Positions 1-18,000 of a stretch of 64,000 nucleotides of DNA are shown here, piece after piece (positions within the stretch are counted from its first letter, which is position 1; each line of letters begins with the position of its first letter). The notes under the pieces are model-generated. The model ran no database searches, was not told the DNA's origin, and was given only the letters and a program-made list of their open reading frames with translations. A program made the position numbers and the translations under genes. Origin of the DNA: Eledone cirrhosa (lineage: Eukaryota); NCBI GenBank assembly GCA_964016885.1, contig OZ024740.1, positions 267,840,001-267,904,000 on the forward strand. The letters are read 5' to 3'.

Positions 1-3000
1 GAGAAAACCACTAATACCACACAACAACAGAACGAGACAAACACTAATACCACACAACAACAGAACGAGACAACCACTAATACCACACAACAACAGAAGG
101 AGACAACCACTAATACCACACAACAACAGAAGGAGACAACCACTAACACCACACAACAACAGAACGAGACAACCACTAATACCACACAACAACAGAACGA
201 GACAACCACTAATACCACACAACAACAGAAGGAGACAACCACTAACACCACACAACAACAGAACGAGACAACCACTAATACCACACAACAACAGAAGGAG
301 ACAACCACTAACACCACACAACAACAGAACGAGACAACCACTAATACCACACAACAACAGAACGGGCCAAACATTAATACCACACAACAACAGAACGAGA
401 CAACCACTAATACCACACAACAGAACGAGACAACCACTAATACGACACAACAACAGAACGAGACAACCACTAATACCACACAACAACAGAAGGAGACAAC
501 CACTAACACCACACAACAACAGAACGAGACAACCACTAATAGAACACAACAACAGAAGGAGACAACCACTAATACCACACAACAACAGAAGGAGACAACC
601 ACTAATACCACACAACAACAGAAGGAGACAACCACTAACACCACACAACAACAGAACGAGACAACCACTAATATCACACAACAACAGAACGAGACAACCA
701 CTAATACCACACAGCAACAGAACGAGACTACCACTAATATCACACAACAACAGAACTGGACAACCACTAATACCACACAACAACAGAAGGAGACAACCAC
801 TAATACCACACAACAACAGATGGAGACAACCACTAACACCACACAACAACAGAACGAGACAACCACTAATACCACACAACAACAGAACGAGACAACCACT
901 AATACCACACAACAACAGAAGGAGACAACCACTAACACCACACAACAACAGAACGAGACAACCACTAATACCACACAACAACAGAAGGAGACAACCACTA
1001 ACACCACACAACAACAGAACGAGACAACCACTAATACCACACAACAACAGAAGGAGACAACCACTAATACCACACAACAACAGAAGGAGACAACCACTAG
1101 CACCACACAACAACAGAACGAGACAACCACTAATACCACACAACAACAGAACGGGACAAACATTAATACCACACAACAACAGAACGAGACAACCACTAAT
1201 ACCACACAACAGAACGAGACAACCACTAATACGACACAACAACAGAACGATACAAACAGTAATACCACACAACAACAGAACGAGACAACCACTAATACCA
1301 CACAACAACAGAACGAGACAACCACTAATACCACACAACAACAGAACGGGACAACCACTAATACCACACCACAACAGAACGAGAGGACTACTAATACCAC
1401 ACAACAACAGAAGGAGACAACCACTAATACCACACAACAACAGAAGGAGACAACCACTAACACCACACAACAACAGAACGAGACAACCACTAATACCACA
1501 CAACAACAGAAGGAGACAACCACTAACACCACACAACAACAGAAGGAGACAACCACTAATACCAACAACAACAGAACGAGATAACCACTAATACCACACA
1601 ACAACAGAACGAGACAACCACTAATACCACACAACAACAGAACGAGACAACCACTAATACCACACAACAACAGAAGGAGACAACCACTAACACCACACAA
1701 CAACAGAAGGAGACAACCACTAATACCACACAACAACAGAAGGAGACAACCACTAACACCACACAACAACAGAAGGAGACAACCACTAATACCAACAACA
1801 ACAGAACGAGATAACCACTAACACCACACAACAACAGAACGAGACAACCACTAATACCACACAACAACAGAAGGAGACAACCACTAACACCACACAACAA
1901 TAGAAGGAGACAACCACTAATACCACACAACAACAGAACGAGACAACCACTAATACCACACAACAACAGAAGGAGACAACCACTAACACCACACAACAAC
2001 AGAAGGAGACAACCACTAATACCACACAACAACAGAAGGAGACAACCACTAACACCACACAACAACAGAAGGAGACAACCACTAATACCACACAACAACA
2101 GAACGAGACAACCACTAATACCACACAACAACAGAAGGAGACAACCACTAACACCACACAACAACAGAACGAGACAACCACTAATACCACACAACAACAG
2201 AAGTAGACAACCACTAACACCACACAACAACAGAACGAGACAACCACTAATACCACACAACAACAGAACGAGACAACCACTAATACCACACAACAACAGA
2301 AGGAGACAACCACTAACACCACACAACAACAGAAGGAGACAACCACTAACACCACACAACAACAGAACGAGACAACCACTAATACCACACAACAACAGAA
2401 GGAGACAACCACTAACACCACACAACAACAGAAGGAGACAACCACTAATACCAACAACAACAGAACGAGATAACCACTAATACCACACAACAACAGAACG
2501 AGACAACCACTAATACCACACAACAACAGAACGAGACAACCACTAATACCACACAACAACAGAAGGAGACAACCACTAACACCACACAACAACAGAAGGA
2601 GACAACCACTAATACCACACAACAACAGAAGGAGACAACCACTAACACCACACAACAACAGAAGGAGACAACCACTAATACCAACAACAACAGAACGAGA
2701 TAACCACTAATACCACACAACAACAGAACGAGACAACCACTAATACCACACAACAACAGAAGGAGACAACCACTAACACCACACAACAATAGAAGGAGAC
2801 AACCACTAATACCACACAACAACAGAACGAGACAACCACTAATACCACACAACAACAGAAGGAGACAACCACTAACACCACACAACAACAGAAGGAGACA
2901 ACCACTAATACCACACAACAACAGAAGGAGACAACCACTAACACCACACAACAACAGAAGGAGACAACCACTAATACCACACAACAACAGAACGAGACAA

Positions 3001-6000
3001 CCACTAATACCACACAACAACAGAAGGAGACAACCACTAACACCACACAACAACAGAACGAGACAACCACTAATACCACACAACAACAGAAGTAGACAAC
3101 CACTAACACCACACAACAACAGAACGAGACAACCACTAATACCACACAACAACAGAACGAGACAACCACTAATACCACACAACAACAGAAGGAGACAACC
3201 ACTAACACCACACAACAACAGAACGAGACAACCACTAATACCACACAACAACAGAACGGGACAAACATTAATACCACACAACAACAGAACGAGACAACCT
3301 CTAATACCACACAACAACAGAACGAGACAACCACTAATACCACACAACAACAGAACGAGACAACCACTAATACCACACAACAACAGAAGGGGACAACCAC
3401 TAACACCACACAACAACAGAACGAGACAACCACTAAAAACCACACAACAACAGAACGAGACAACCACTAATACCACACAACAACAGAACGGGACAACAAC
3501 TAATACCACACAACAACAGAAGGAGACAACCACTAATACCACACAACAACAGAACGAGAAAACCACTAATACCACACAACAACAGAACGAGACAAACACT
3601 AATACCACACAACAACAGAACGAGACAACCACTAATACCACACAACAACAGAAGGAGACAACCACTAATACCACACAACAACAGAAGGAGACAACCACTA
3701 ACACCACACAACAACAGAACGAGACAACCACTAATACCACACAACAACAGAACGAGACAACCACTAATACCACACAACAACAGAAGGAGACAACCACTAA
3801 CACCACACAACAACAGAACGAGACAACCACTAATACCACACAACAACAGAAGGAGACAACCACTAACACCACACAACAACAGAACGAGACAACCACTAAT
3901 ACCACACAACAACAGAACGGGCCAAACATTAATACCACACAACAACAGAACGAGACAACCACTAATACCACACAACAGAACGAGACAACCACTAATACGA
4001 CACAACAACAGAACGAGACAACCACTAATACCACACAACAACAGAAGGAGACAACCACTAACACCACACAACAACAGAACGAGACAACCACTAATAGAAC
4101 ACAACAACAGAAGGAGACAACCACTAATACCACACAACAACAGAAGGAGACAACCACTAATACCACACAACAACAGAAGGAGACAACCACTAACACCACA
4201 CAACAACAGAACGAGACAACCACTAATATCACACAACAACAGAACGAGACAACCACTAATACCACACAGCAACAGAACGAGACTACCACTAATATCACAC
4301 AACAACAGAACTGGACAACCACTAATACCACACAACAACAGAAGGAGACAACCACTAATACCACACAACAACAGATGGAGACAACCACTAACACCACACA
4401 ACAACAGAACGAGACAACCACTAATACCACACAACAACAGAACGAGACAACCACTAATACCACACAACAACAGAAGGAGACAACCACTAACACCACACAA
4501 CAACAGAACGAGACAACCACTAATACCACACAACAACAGAAGGAGACAACCACTAACACCACACAACAACAGAACGAGACAACCACTAATACCACACAAC
4601 AACAGAAGGAGACAACCACTAATACCACACAACAACAGAAGGAGACAACCACTAGCACCACACAACAACAGAACGAGACAACCACTAATACCACACAACA
4701 ACAGAACGGGACAAACATTAATACCACACAACAACAGAACGAGACAACCACTAATACCACACAACAGAACGAGACAACCACTAATACGACACAACAACAG
4801 AACGATACAAACAGTAATACCACACAACAACAGAACGAGACAACCACTAATACCACACAACAACAGAACGAGACAACCACTAATACCACACAACAACAGA
4901 ACGGGACAACCACTAATACCACACCACAACAGAACGAGAGGACTACTAATACCACACAACAACAGAAGGAGACAACCACTAATACCACACAACAACAGAA
5001 GGAGACAACCACTAACACCACACAACAACAGAACGAGACAACCACTAATACCACACAACAACAGAAGGAGACAACCACTAACACCACACAACAACAGAAG
5101 GAGACAACCACTAATACCAACAACAACAGAACGAGATAACCACTAATACCACACAACAACAGAACGAGACAACCACTAATACCACACAACAACAGAACGA
5201 GACAACCACTAATACCACACAACAACAGAAGGAGACAACCACTAACACCACACAACAACAGAAGGAGACAACCACTAATACCACACAACAACAGAAGGAG
5301 ACAACCACTAACACCACACAACAACAGAAGGAGACAACCACTAATACCAACAACAACAGAACGAGATAACCACTAACACCACACAACAACAGAACGAGAC
5401 AACCACTAATACCACACAACAACAGAAGGAGACAACCACTAACACCACACAACAATAGAAGGAGACAACCACTAATACCACACAACAACAGAACGAGACA
5501 ACCACTAATACCACACAACAACAGAAGGAGACAACCACTAACACCACACAACAACAGAAGGAGACAACCACTAATACCACACAACAACAGAAGGAGACAA
5601 CCACTAACACCACACAACAACAGAAGGAGACAACCACTAATACCACACAACAACAGAACGAGACAACCACTAATACCACACAACAACAGAAGGAGACAAC
5701 CACTAACACCACACAACAACAGAACGAGACAACCACTAATACCACACAACAACAGAAGTAGACAACCACTAACACCACACAACAACAGAACGAGACAACC
5801 ACTAATACCACACAACAACAGAACGAGACAACCACTAATACCACACAACAACAGAAGGAGACAACCACTAACACCACACAACAACAGAACGAGACAACCA
5901 CTAATACCACACAACAACAGAACGGGACAAACATTAATACCACACAACAACAGAACGAGACAACCTCTAATACCACACAACAACAGAACGAGACAACCAC

Positions 6001-9000
6001 TAATACCACACAACAACAGAACGAGACAACCACTAATACCACACAACAACAGAAGGGGACAACCACTAACACCACACAACAACAGAACGAGACAACCACT
6101 AAAAACCACACAACAACAGAACGAGACAACCACTAATACCACACAACAACAGAACGGGACAACAACTAATACCACACAACAACAGAAGGAGACAACCACT
6201 AATACCACACAACAACAGAACGAGAAAACCACTAATACCACACAACAACAGAACGAGACAAACACTAATACCACACAACAACAGAACGAGACAACCACTA
6301 ATACCACACAACAACAGAAGGAGACAACCACTAATACCACACAACAACAGAAGGAGACAACCACTAACACCACACAACAACAGAACGAGACAACCACTAA
6401 TACCACACAACAACAGAACGAGACAACCACTAATACCACACAACAACAGAAGGAGACAACCACTAACACCACACAACAACAGAACGAGACAACCACTAAT
6501 ACCACACAACAACAGAAGGAGACAACCACTAACACCACACAACAACAGAACGAGACAACCACTAATACCACACAACAACAGAACGGGCCAAACATTAATA
6601 CCACACAACAACAGAACGAGACAACCACTAATACCACACAACAGAACGAGACAACCACTAATACGACACAACAACAGAACGAGACAACCACTAATACCAC
6701 ACAACAACAGAAGGAGACAACCACTAACACCACACAACAACAGAACGAGACAACCACTAATAGAACACAACAACAGAAGGAGACAACCACTAATACCACA
6801 CAACAACAGAAGGAGACAACCACTAATACCACACAACAACAGAAGGAGACAACCACTAACACCACACAACAACAGAACGAGACAACCACTAATATCACAC
6901 AACAACAGAACGAGACAACCACTAATACCACACAGCAACAGAACGAGACTACCACTAATATCACACAACAACAGAACTGGACAACCACTAATACCACACA
7001 ACAACAGAACGAGACAACCACTAATACCACAAAAACAGAAGGAATCAACCACTAGTACCACACAACAACAGAACGAGACAACCACTATCACCACACAACA
7101 ACAGAACGAGACAACCACTAATACCACACAACAACAGAACGAGACAACCACTAATACCACACAACTATAGGAGACAACCACTAATACCACACAACAACAG
7201 AACGAGACAACCACTAATACCACACAACTATAGGAGACAACCACTAATACCACACAACAACAGAACGAGACAACCACTAATACCACACAACAACAGAACG
7301 AGACAACAACTAATACCACACAACAACAGAACGAGACAACCACTAATACCACACCACAACAGAACGAGACAGCCACTAATACCACACAGCAACAGAACGA
7401 GACAACCACTAATACCACACAACAACAGAACGAGACAACCACTAATATCACACAACAACAGAACGAGACAACCACTAATACCACACAACAACAGAACGAG
7501 ACAACCACTAATACCACACAACAACAGAACGAGACAACCACTAATACCACACAACAACAGAAGGAGACAACCACTAATACCACACAACAACAGAACGAGA
7601 CAACCACTAATACCACACAACAACAGAAGGAGACAACCACTAATACCACACAACAACAGAACGAGACAACTACTAATACCAGACAACAACAGAACGAGAC
7701 AACCACTAATACCACACAACAACTGAACGGGACAACCACTAATACCACACAACAACAGAACGAGACAACCACTAATACCACACAACAACAGAACGAGGCA
7801 ACCACTAATACCACACAACAACAGAACGAGACAACCACTAATACCACACAACAACAGAAGCAGTCAACCACTAACACCACACAACAACAGAACGAGAGAA
7901 CCACTAATACCACACAACAACAGAAGGAGACAACTACTAACAGCACACAACAACAGAACGAGAGGACTACTAATACCACACAACAACAGAAGGAGACAAC
8001 CACTAATACCACACAACAACAGAAGGAGACAACCACTAACTCCACACAACAACAGAACGAGACAACCACTAATACCACACAACAACAGAAGGAGACAACC
8101 ACTAACACCACACAACAACAGTACGAGACAACCACTAATACCACACAGCAACAGAAGAGGACAACCACTAATACCACACAACAACAGAAGGAGACAACCA
8201 CTAACACCACACAACAACAGAAGGAGACAACCACTAATACCACACAACAACAGAACAAGACAACCACTAATACCACACAACAACAGGAGGAGACAACCAC
8301 TAACACCACACAACAACGGAACGAGACAACCACTAATACCACACAACAACAGAAGGAGACAACCACTAACACCACACAACAACAGAACGAGACAACCACT
8401 AATACCACACAACAACAGAAGGAGACAACCACTAATACCACACAACAACAGAAGGAGACAACCACTAACACCACACAACAACAGAACGAGACAACCACTA
8501 ATACCACACAACAACAGAACTGGACAAACATTAATACCACACAAAAACAGAACGAGACAACCACTAATACCACAGAACAACAGAACGAGACAACCACTAA
8601 TACCACACAACAACAGAACGAGACAACCACTAATACCACACAACAACAGAACGAGACAACCACTAATACCACACAACAACAGAACGGGACAACCACTAAT
8701 ACCACACAACAACAGAACGAGACAACCACTAACACCACACAACAACAGAAGGAGACAACCACTAATACCACACAACAACAGAACGAGACAACCACTAATA
8801 CCACAGAACAACAGAACGAGACAACCACTAATACCACACAACAACAGAAGGAGACAAACACTAATACCACACAACAACAGAACGAGACAACCACTAACAC
8901 CACACAACAACAGAACGAGACAACCACTAATATCACACAACAACAGAACGAGACAACCACTAATACCACACAACAACAGAACGAGACAACCACTAATATC

Positions 9001-12000
9001 ACACAACAACAGAACTGGACAACCACTAATACCACAGAACAACAGAACGAGACAACCACTAATACCACACAACAACAGAACGAGACAACCACTCATACCA
9101 CACAACAACAGAAGGAGACAACCACTAATACCACACAACAACAGAACGAGACAACCACTAATACCACACAACAACAGAAGGAGACAACCACTAACACCAC
9201 ACAACAACAGAACGAGACAACCACTAATACCACACAACAAAAAAAGGAGACAACCACTAACACCACACAACAACAGAAGGAGACAACCACTAATACCACA
9301 CAACAACAGAAGCAGACAACCACTAATACCACACCACAACAGAAGGAGACAACCACTAACACCACACAACAACAGAACGAGACAACCACTAATACCACAC
9401 AACAACAGAACGAGACAACCACTAATACCACACAACAACAGAACGAGACAACCACTAATACCACACAACAACAGAAGGAGACAACCACTAATACCACACA
9501 ACAACAGAAGGAGACAACCACTAACACCACACAACAACATAACGAGACAACCACTAATACCACACAACAACAGAACGGGACAAACATTAATACCACACAA
9601 CAACAGAACGAGACAACCACTAATACCACACAACAGAACGAGACAACCACTAATACGACACAACAACAGAACGAGACAACCACTAATACCACACAACAAC
9701 AGAAGGAGACAACCACTAACACCACACAACAACAGAACGAGACAACCACTAATAGAACACAACAACAGAAGGAGACAACCACTAATACCACACAACAACA
9801 GAACGGGACAACCACTAATACTACACAACAACAGAACGAGACAACCACTAACACCACACAACAACAGAAGGAGACAACCACTAATACCACACAACAACAG
9901 AACGAGACAACCACTAATACCACACAACAACAGAAGGAGACAACCACTAATACCACACAACAACAGAAGGAGACAACCACTAACACCACACAACAACAGA
10001 ACGAGACAACCACTAATATCACACAACAACAGAACGAGACAACCACTAATACCACACAACAACAGAACGAGACTACCACTAATATCACACAACAACAGAA
10101 CTGGACAACCACTAATACCACACAACAACAGAACGAGACAACCACTAATACCACAAAAACGGAAGGAATCAACCACTAGTACCACACAACAACAGAACGA
10201 GATAACCACTATCACCACACAACAACAGAACGAGACAACCACTAATACCACACAACAACAGAACGAGACAACCACTAATACCACACAACTATAGGAGACA
10301 ACCACTAATACCACACAACAACAGAACGAGACAACCACTAATACCACACAACAACAGAACGAGACAACAACTAATACCACACAACAACAGAACGAGACAA
10401 CCACTAATACCACACCACAACAGAACGAGACAACCACTAATACCACACAGCAACAGAACGAGACAACCACTAATACCACACAACAACAGAACGAGACAAC
10501 CACTAATATCACACAACAACAGAACAAGACAACCACTAATACCACACAACAACAGAACGAGACAACCACTAATATCACACAACAACAGAACGAGACAACC
10601 ACTAACACCACACAACAACAGAACGAGACAACCACTAATACCACACAACAACAGAAGGAGACAACCACTAATACCACACAACAACAGAACGAGACAACCA
10701 CTAATACCACACAACAACAGAAGGAGACAACCACTAATACCACACAACAACAGAACGAGACAACTACTAATACCAGACAACAACAGAACGAGACAACCAC
10801 TAATACCACACAACAACAGAACGGGACAACCACTAATACCACACAACAACAGAACGAGACAACCACTAATACCACACAACAACAGAACGAGGCAACCACT
10901 AATACCACACAACAACAGAACGAGACAACCACTAATACCACACAACAACAGAAGCAGTCAACCACTAACACCACACAACAACAGAACGAGACAACCACTA
11001 ATACCACACAACAACAGAAGGAGACAACTACTAACAGCACACAACAGAACGAGAGGACTACTAATACCACACAACAACAGAAGGAGACAACCACTAATAC
11101 CACACAACAACAGAAGGAGACAACCACTAAATCCACACAACAACAGAACGAGACAACCACTAATACCACACAACAACAGAAGGAGACAACCACTAACACC
11201 ACACAACAACAGAAGGAGACAACCACTAACACCACACAACAACAGAAGGAGACTAATACCACACAACAACAGAAGGAGACAACCACTAATACCACACAAC
11301 AACAGAAGGAGACAACCACTAACACCACACAACAACAGAACGAGACAACCACTAATACCACACAACAACAGAACGGGACAAACATTAATACCACACAACA
11401 ACAGAACGAGACAACCACTAATACCACACAACAACAGAAGGAGACAACCACTAATACCACACAACAACAGAACGAGACAACCACTAATACCACACAACAA
11501 CAGAACGAGACAACCACTAATACCACACAACAACAGAACGGGACAACCACTAATACCACACAACAACAGAACGAGACAACCACTAACACCACACAACAAC
11601 AGAAGGAGACAACCACTAATACCACACAACAACAGAACGAGACAACCACTAATACCACACAACAACAGAACGAGACAACCACTAATACCACACAACAACA
11701 GAACGAGACAACCCCTAATACCACACAACAACAGAAGGAGACAAACACTAATACCACACAACAACAGAACGAGACAACCACTAACACCACACAACAACAG
11801 AACGAGACAACCACTAATATCACACAACAACAGAACGAGACAACCACTAATACCACACAACAGAACGAGACAACCACTAATATCACACAACAACAGAACT
11901 GGACAACCACTAATACCACACAACAACAGAACGAGACAACCACTAATACCACACAACAACAGAACGAGACAACCACTCATACCACACAACAACAGAAGGA

Positions 12001-15000
12001 GACAACCACTAATACCACACAACAGAACGAGACAACCACTAATACCACACAACAACAGAAGGAGACAACCACTAACACCACGCAACAACAGAACGAGACA
12101 ACCACTAATACCACACAACAAAAAAAGGAGACAACCACTAACACCACACAACAACAGAAGGAGACAACCACTAATACCACACAACAACAGAAGCAGACAA
12201 CCACTAATACCACACAACAACAGAACGAGACAACCACTAACACCACACAACAACAGAACGAGACAACCACTAATACCACACAACAACAGAACGGGACAAC
12301 CATTAATACCACACAACAACAGAACGAGACAACCACTAATACCACACAACAACAGAACGAGACAACCACTAAAAACACACAACAACAGAACGAGACAACC
12401 ACTAATACCACACAACAACAGAAGGAGACAACCACTAACACCACACAACAACAGAACGAGACAACCACTAATACCACACAACAACAGAACGAGACAACTA
12501 CTAAAAACACACAACAACAGAACGAGACAACCACTAATACCACACAACAACAGAACGAGACAACCACTAATACCACACAACAACAGAAGGAGACAACCAC
12601 TAACACCACACAACAACAGAACGAGACAACCACTAATACCACACAACAACAGAAGGAGACAACTACTAATACCACACAACAACAGAACGGGACAACCACT
12701 AATACCACACATCAACAGAACGAGACAACCACTAACACCACACAACAACAGAAGGAGACAACCACTAATACCACACAACAACAGAACGAGACAACCACTA
12801 ATACCACACAACAACAGAACGAGACAACCACTAATACCACACAACAACAGAACGAGACAACCACTAATACCACACAACAACAGAACGAGACAACCACTAA
12901 TACCACACAACAACAGAACGAGACAACCACTAATACCACACACAACAGAACGAGACAACCACTAATATCACACAACAACAGAACTGGACAACCACTGATA
13001 CCACACAACAACAGGACGAGACAACCACTAATACCACACAACAAGAGAACGAGACAACCACTAATACCACACAACAACAGAACGAGACAACCACTAATAT
13101 CACACAACAACAGAACTGGACAACCACTAATACCACACAACAACGGAACGAGACAACCACTAATACCACACAACAACAGAACAAGACAACCACTAATACC
13201 ACACAACAACAGAACTAGACAAGCACTAATACCACACAACAACAGAACGGGACAACCACTAATACCACACAACAACAGAAAGAGACAACCACTAATAACA
13301 CACAACAACAGAACGAGACAACCACTAATACCACACAACAACAGAACGAGACAACCACTAATACCACACAACAACAGAAGGAGGCAACCACTAACACCAC
13401 ACAACAACAGAACGAGACAACCACTAATACCACACAACAACAGAAGGAGACAACCACTAACACCACACAACAACAGAACGAGACAACCACTAATACCACA
13501 CAACAACAGAAGGAGACAACCACTAATACCACACAACAACAGAAGGAGACAACCACTAATACCATACAACAACAGAAGGAGACAACCACTAATACCACAC
13601 AACAACAGAAGGAGACAACCACTAACACCACACAACAACAGAACGAGACAACCACTAATACCACTCAACAACAGAACGAGACAACCACTAATACCACACA
13701 ACAACAGAACGAGACAACCAATAATACCACACAACAACAGAACGAGACAAGCACTAATACCACACAACAACAGAAGGAGACAACCACTAACACCACACAA
13801 CAACAGAACGAGACAACCACTAATACCACACAACAACAGAACGAGACAACCACTAATACCACACAACAACAGAACGAGACAACCACTAATACCACACAAC
13901 AACAGAACGAGACAAGCACTAATACCACACAACAACAGAAGGAGACAACCACTAATACCACACAACAACAGAACGAGACAACCACTAATACCACACAACA
14001 ACAGAACGAGACAACCACTAATACCACACAACAACAGAACGAGACAACCACTAATACCACACAACAACAGAAGGAGACAACCACTAACACCACACAACAA
14101 CAGAACGAGACGACTACTAATACCACACAACAACAGAACGAGACAACAACTAATACCACACAACAACAGAAGGAGACAACCACTAACACCACACAACAAC
14201 AGAACTAGACAACCACTAATACCACACAACAACAGAAGGAGACAACCACTAACACCACACAACAACAGAACGAGACAACCACTAATACCACACAACAACA
14301 GAAGGAGACAAACATATATACCACACAACAACAGAAGGAGACAACCACTAACACCACACAACAGAAGGAGACAACCACTAATACCACACAACAACAGAAC
14401 GAGACAACCACTAATACCACACAACAACAGAAGAAGACAACCACTAACACCACATAACAACAGAACCAGACAAACACTAATACCACACAACAACAGAAGG
14501 AGACAAACACTAACACCACACAACAACAGAACGAGACAACCACTAATACCACACAACAACAGAAGGAGACAACCACTAATACCACACAACAACAGAAGGA
14601 GACAACCACTAACACCACACAACAACAGAACGAGACAACCACTAATACCACACAACAACAGAACGGGACAACCATTAATACCACACAACAACAGAACGCG
14701 ACAACCACTAATACCACACAACAACAGAAGGAGACAACCACTAATACCACACAACACAGAAGGAGACAACCACTAACACCACACAACAACAGAACGAGAC
14801 AACCACTAATACCACACAACAACAGAAGGAGACAACCACTAATACCACACAACAACAGAACGGGACAACCACTAATACCACACAACAACAGAACGAGACA
14901 ACCACTAACACCACACAACAACAGAAGGAGACAACCACTAATACCACACAACAACAGAACGAGACAACCACTAATACCACACAACAACAGAACGAGACAA

Positions 15001-18000
15001 CCACTAATACCACACAACAACAGAACGAGACAACCACTAATGCCACACAACAACAGAAGGAGACAACCACTAATACCACACAACAACAGAACGAGACAAC
15101 CACTAACACCACACAACAACAGAACGAGACAACCACTAATATCACACAACAACAGAACGAGACAACCACTAATACCATACAACAACAGAACGAGACAACC
15201 ACTAATATCACACAACAACAGAACTAGACAACCACTAATACCACACAACAACAGAACGAGACAACCACTAATACCACACAACAACAGAACGAGACAACAA
15301 CTAATACCACACAACAACAGAAGGAGACAACCACTAACACCACACAACAACAGAACTAGACAACCACTAATACCACACAACAACAGAAGGAGACAACCAC
15401 TAACACCACACAACAACAGAACGAGACAACCACTAATACCACACAACAACAGAAGGAGACAAACATATATACCACACAACAACAGAAGGAGACAACCACT
15501 AACACCACACAACAGAAGGAGACAACCACTAATACCACACAACAACAGAACGAGACAACCACTAATACCACACAACAACAGAAGAAGACAACCACTAACA
15601 CCACATAACAACAGAACCAGACAAACACTAATACCACACAACAACAGAAGGAGACAAACACTAACACCACACAACAACAGAACGAGACAACCACTAATAC
15701 CACACAACAACAGAAGGAGACAACCACTAATACCACACAACAACAGAAGGAGACAACCACTAACACCACACAACAACAGAACGAGACAACCACTAATACC
15801 ACACAACAACAGAACGGGACAACCATTAATACCACACAACAACAGAACGCGACAACCACTAATACCACACAACAACAGAACGAGACAACCACTAATACCA
15901 CACAACAACAGAAGGAGACAACCACTAATACCACACAACACAGAAGGAGACAACCACTAACACCACACAACAACAGAACGAGACAACCACTAATACCACA
16001 CAACAACAGAAGGAGACAACCACTAATACCACACAACAACAGAACGGGACAACCACTAATACCACACAACAACAGAACGAGACAACCACTAACACCACAC
16101 AACAACAGAAGGAGACAACCACTAATACCACACAACAACAGAACGAGACAACCACTAATACCACACAACAACAGAACGAGACAACCACTAATACCACACA
16201 ACAACAGAACGAGACAACCACTAATGCCACACAACAACAGAAGGAGACAACCACTAATACCACACAACAACAGAACGAGACAACCACTAACACCACACAA
16301 CAACAGAACGAGACAACCACTAATATCACACAACAACAGAACGAGACAACCACTAATACCATACAACAACAGAACGAGACAACCACTAATATCACACAAC
16401 AACAGAACTAGACAACCACTAATACCACACAACAACAGAACGAGACAACCACTAATACCACACAACAACAGAACGAGACAACCACTCATACCACACAACA
16501 ACAGAAGGAGACAACCACTAACACCACACAACAACAGAACGAGACAACCACTAATACCACACAACAACACAAGGAGACAACCACTAATACCACACAACAA
16601 CAGAAGGAGACAACCACTAACACCACACAACAACAGAACGAGACAACCACTAATACCACACAACAACAGAAGGAGACAACCACTAATACCACACAACAAC
16701 AGAAGGAGACAACCACTAACACCACACAACAACAGAAGGAGACAACCACTAATACCACACAACAACAGAACGAGACACCACTAATACCACACAACAACAG
16801 AAGGAGACAACCACTAATACCACACAACAACAGAACGGGACAACCACTAATACCACACAACAACAGAACGAGACAACCACTAATACCACACAACAATAGA
16901 ACGAGACAACCACTAATACCACACAACAACAGAACGAGACAACCACTAATACCACACCACAACAGAACGAGACAACGACTAATACCACACAACAACAGAA
17001 AGAGACAACCACTAACACCACACAACAACAGAACGAGACAACCACTAATACCACACAACAACAGAAGGAGACAACCACTAATACCACACAACAACAGAAC
17101 GAGACAACCACTAATACCACACAACAACAGAACGAGACAACCACTAATACCACACAACAACAGAACAAGACAACCACTAATACCACACAACAACAGAAGG
17201 AGACAACCACTAATACCACACAACAATAGAACGACAAAACCACTAATACCACACAACAACAGAACGAGACAACCACTAATACCGCACAACAACAGAAGGA
17301 GACAACCACTAACACCACACAACAACAGAACGAGACAACCACTAATACCACACAACAACAGAAGGAGACAACCACTAATACCACACAACAACAGAACAAG
17401 ACAACCACTAATACCACACAACAACAGAAGGAGACAACCACTAATAGCACACAACAATAGAACGACAAAACCACTAATACCACACAACAACAGAACGAGA
17501 CAACCACTAATACCGCACAACAGAACGAGACAACCACAAATACCACACAACAACAGAACGAGCCAACCACTAATACCACACAACAACAGACCGAGACAAC
17601 CACTAACACCACACAACAACAGAACGAGACAACCACTAATACCACACAACAACAGAACGGGACAACTATTAATACCACACAACAACAGAACGAGACAACC
17701 ACTAATACCACACAACAACAGAACGAGACAACCACTAAAAACACACAACAACAGAACGAGACAACCACTAATACCACACAACAACAGAAGGAGACAACCA
17801 CTAACACCACACAACAACAGAACGAGACAACCACTAATACCACACAACAACAGAACGAGACAACTACTAAAAACACACAACAACAGAACGAGACAACCAC
17901 TAATACCACACAACAACAGAAGGAGACAACCACTAATACCACACAACAACAGAAGGAGACAACCACTAACACCACACAACAACAGAACGAGACAACCACT

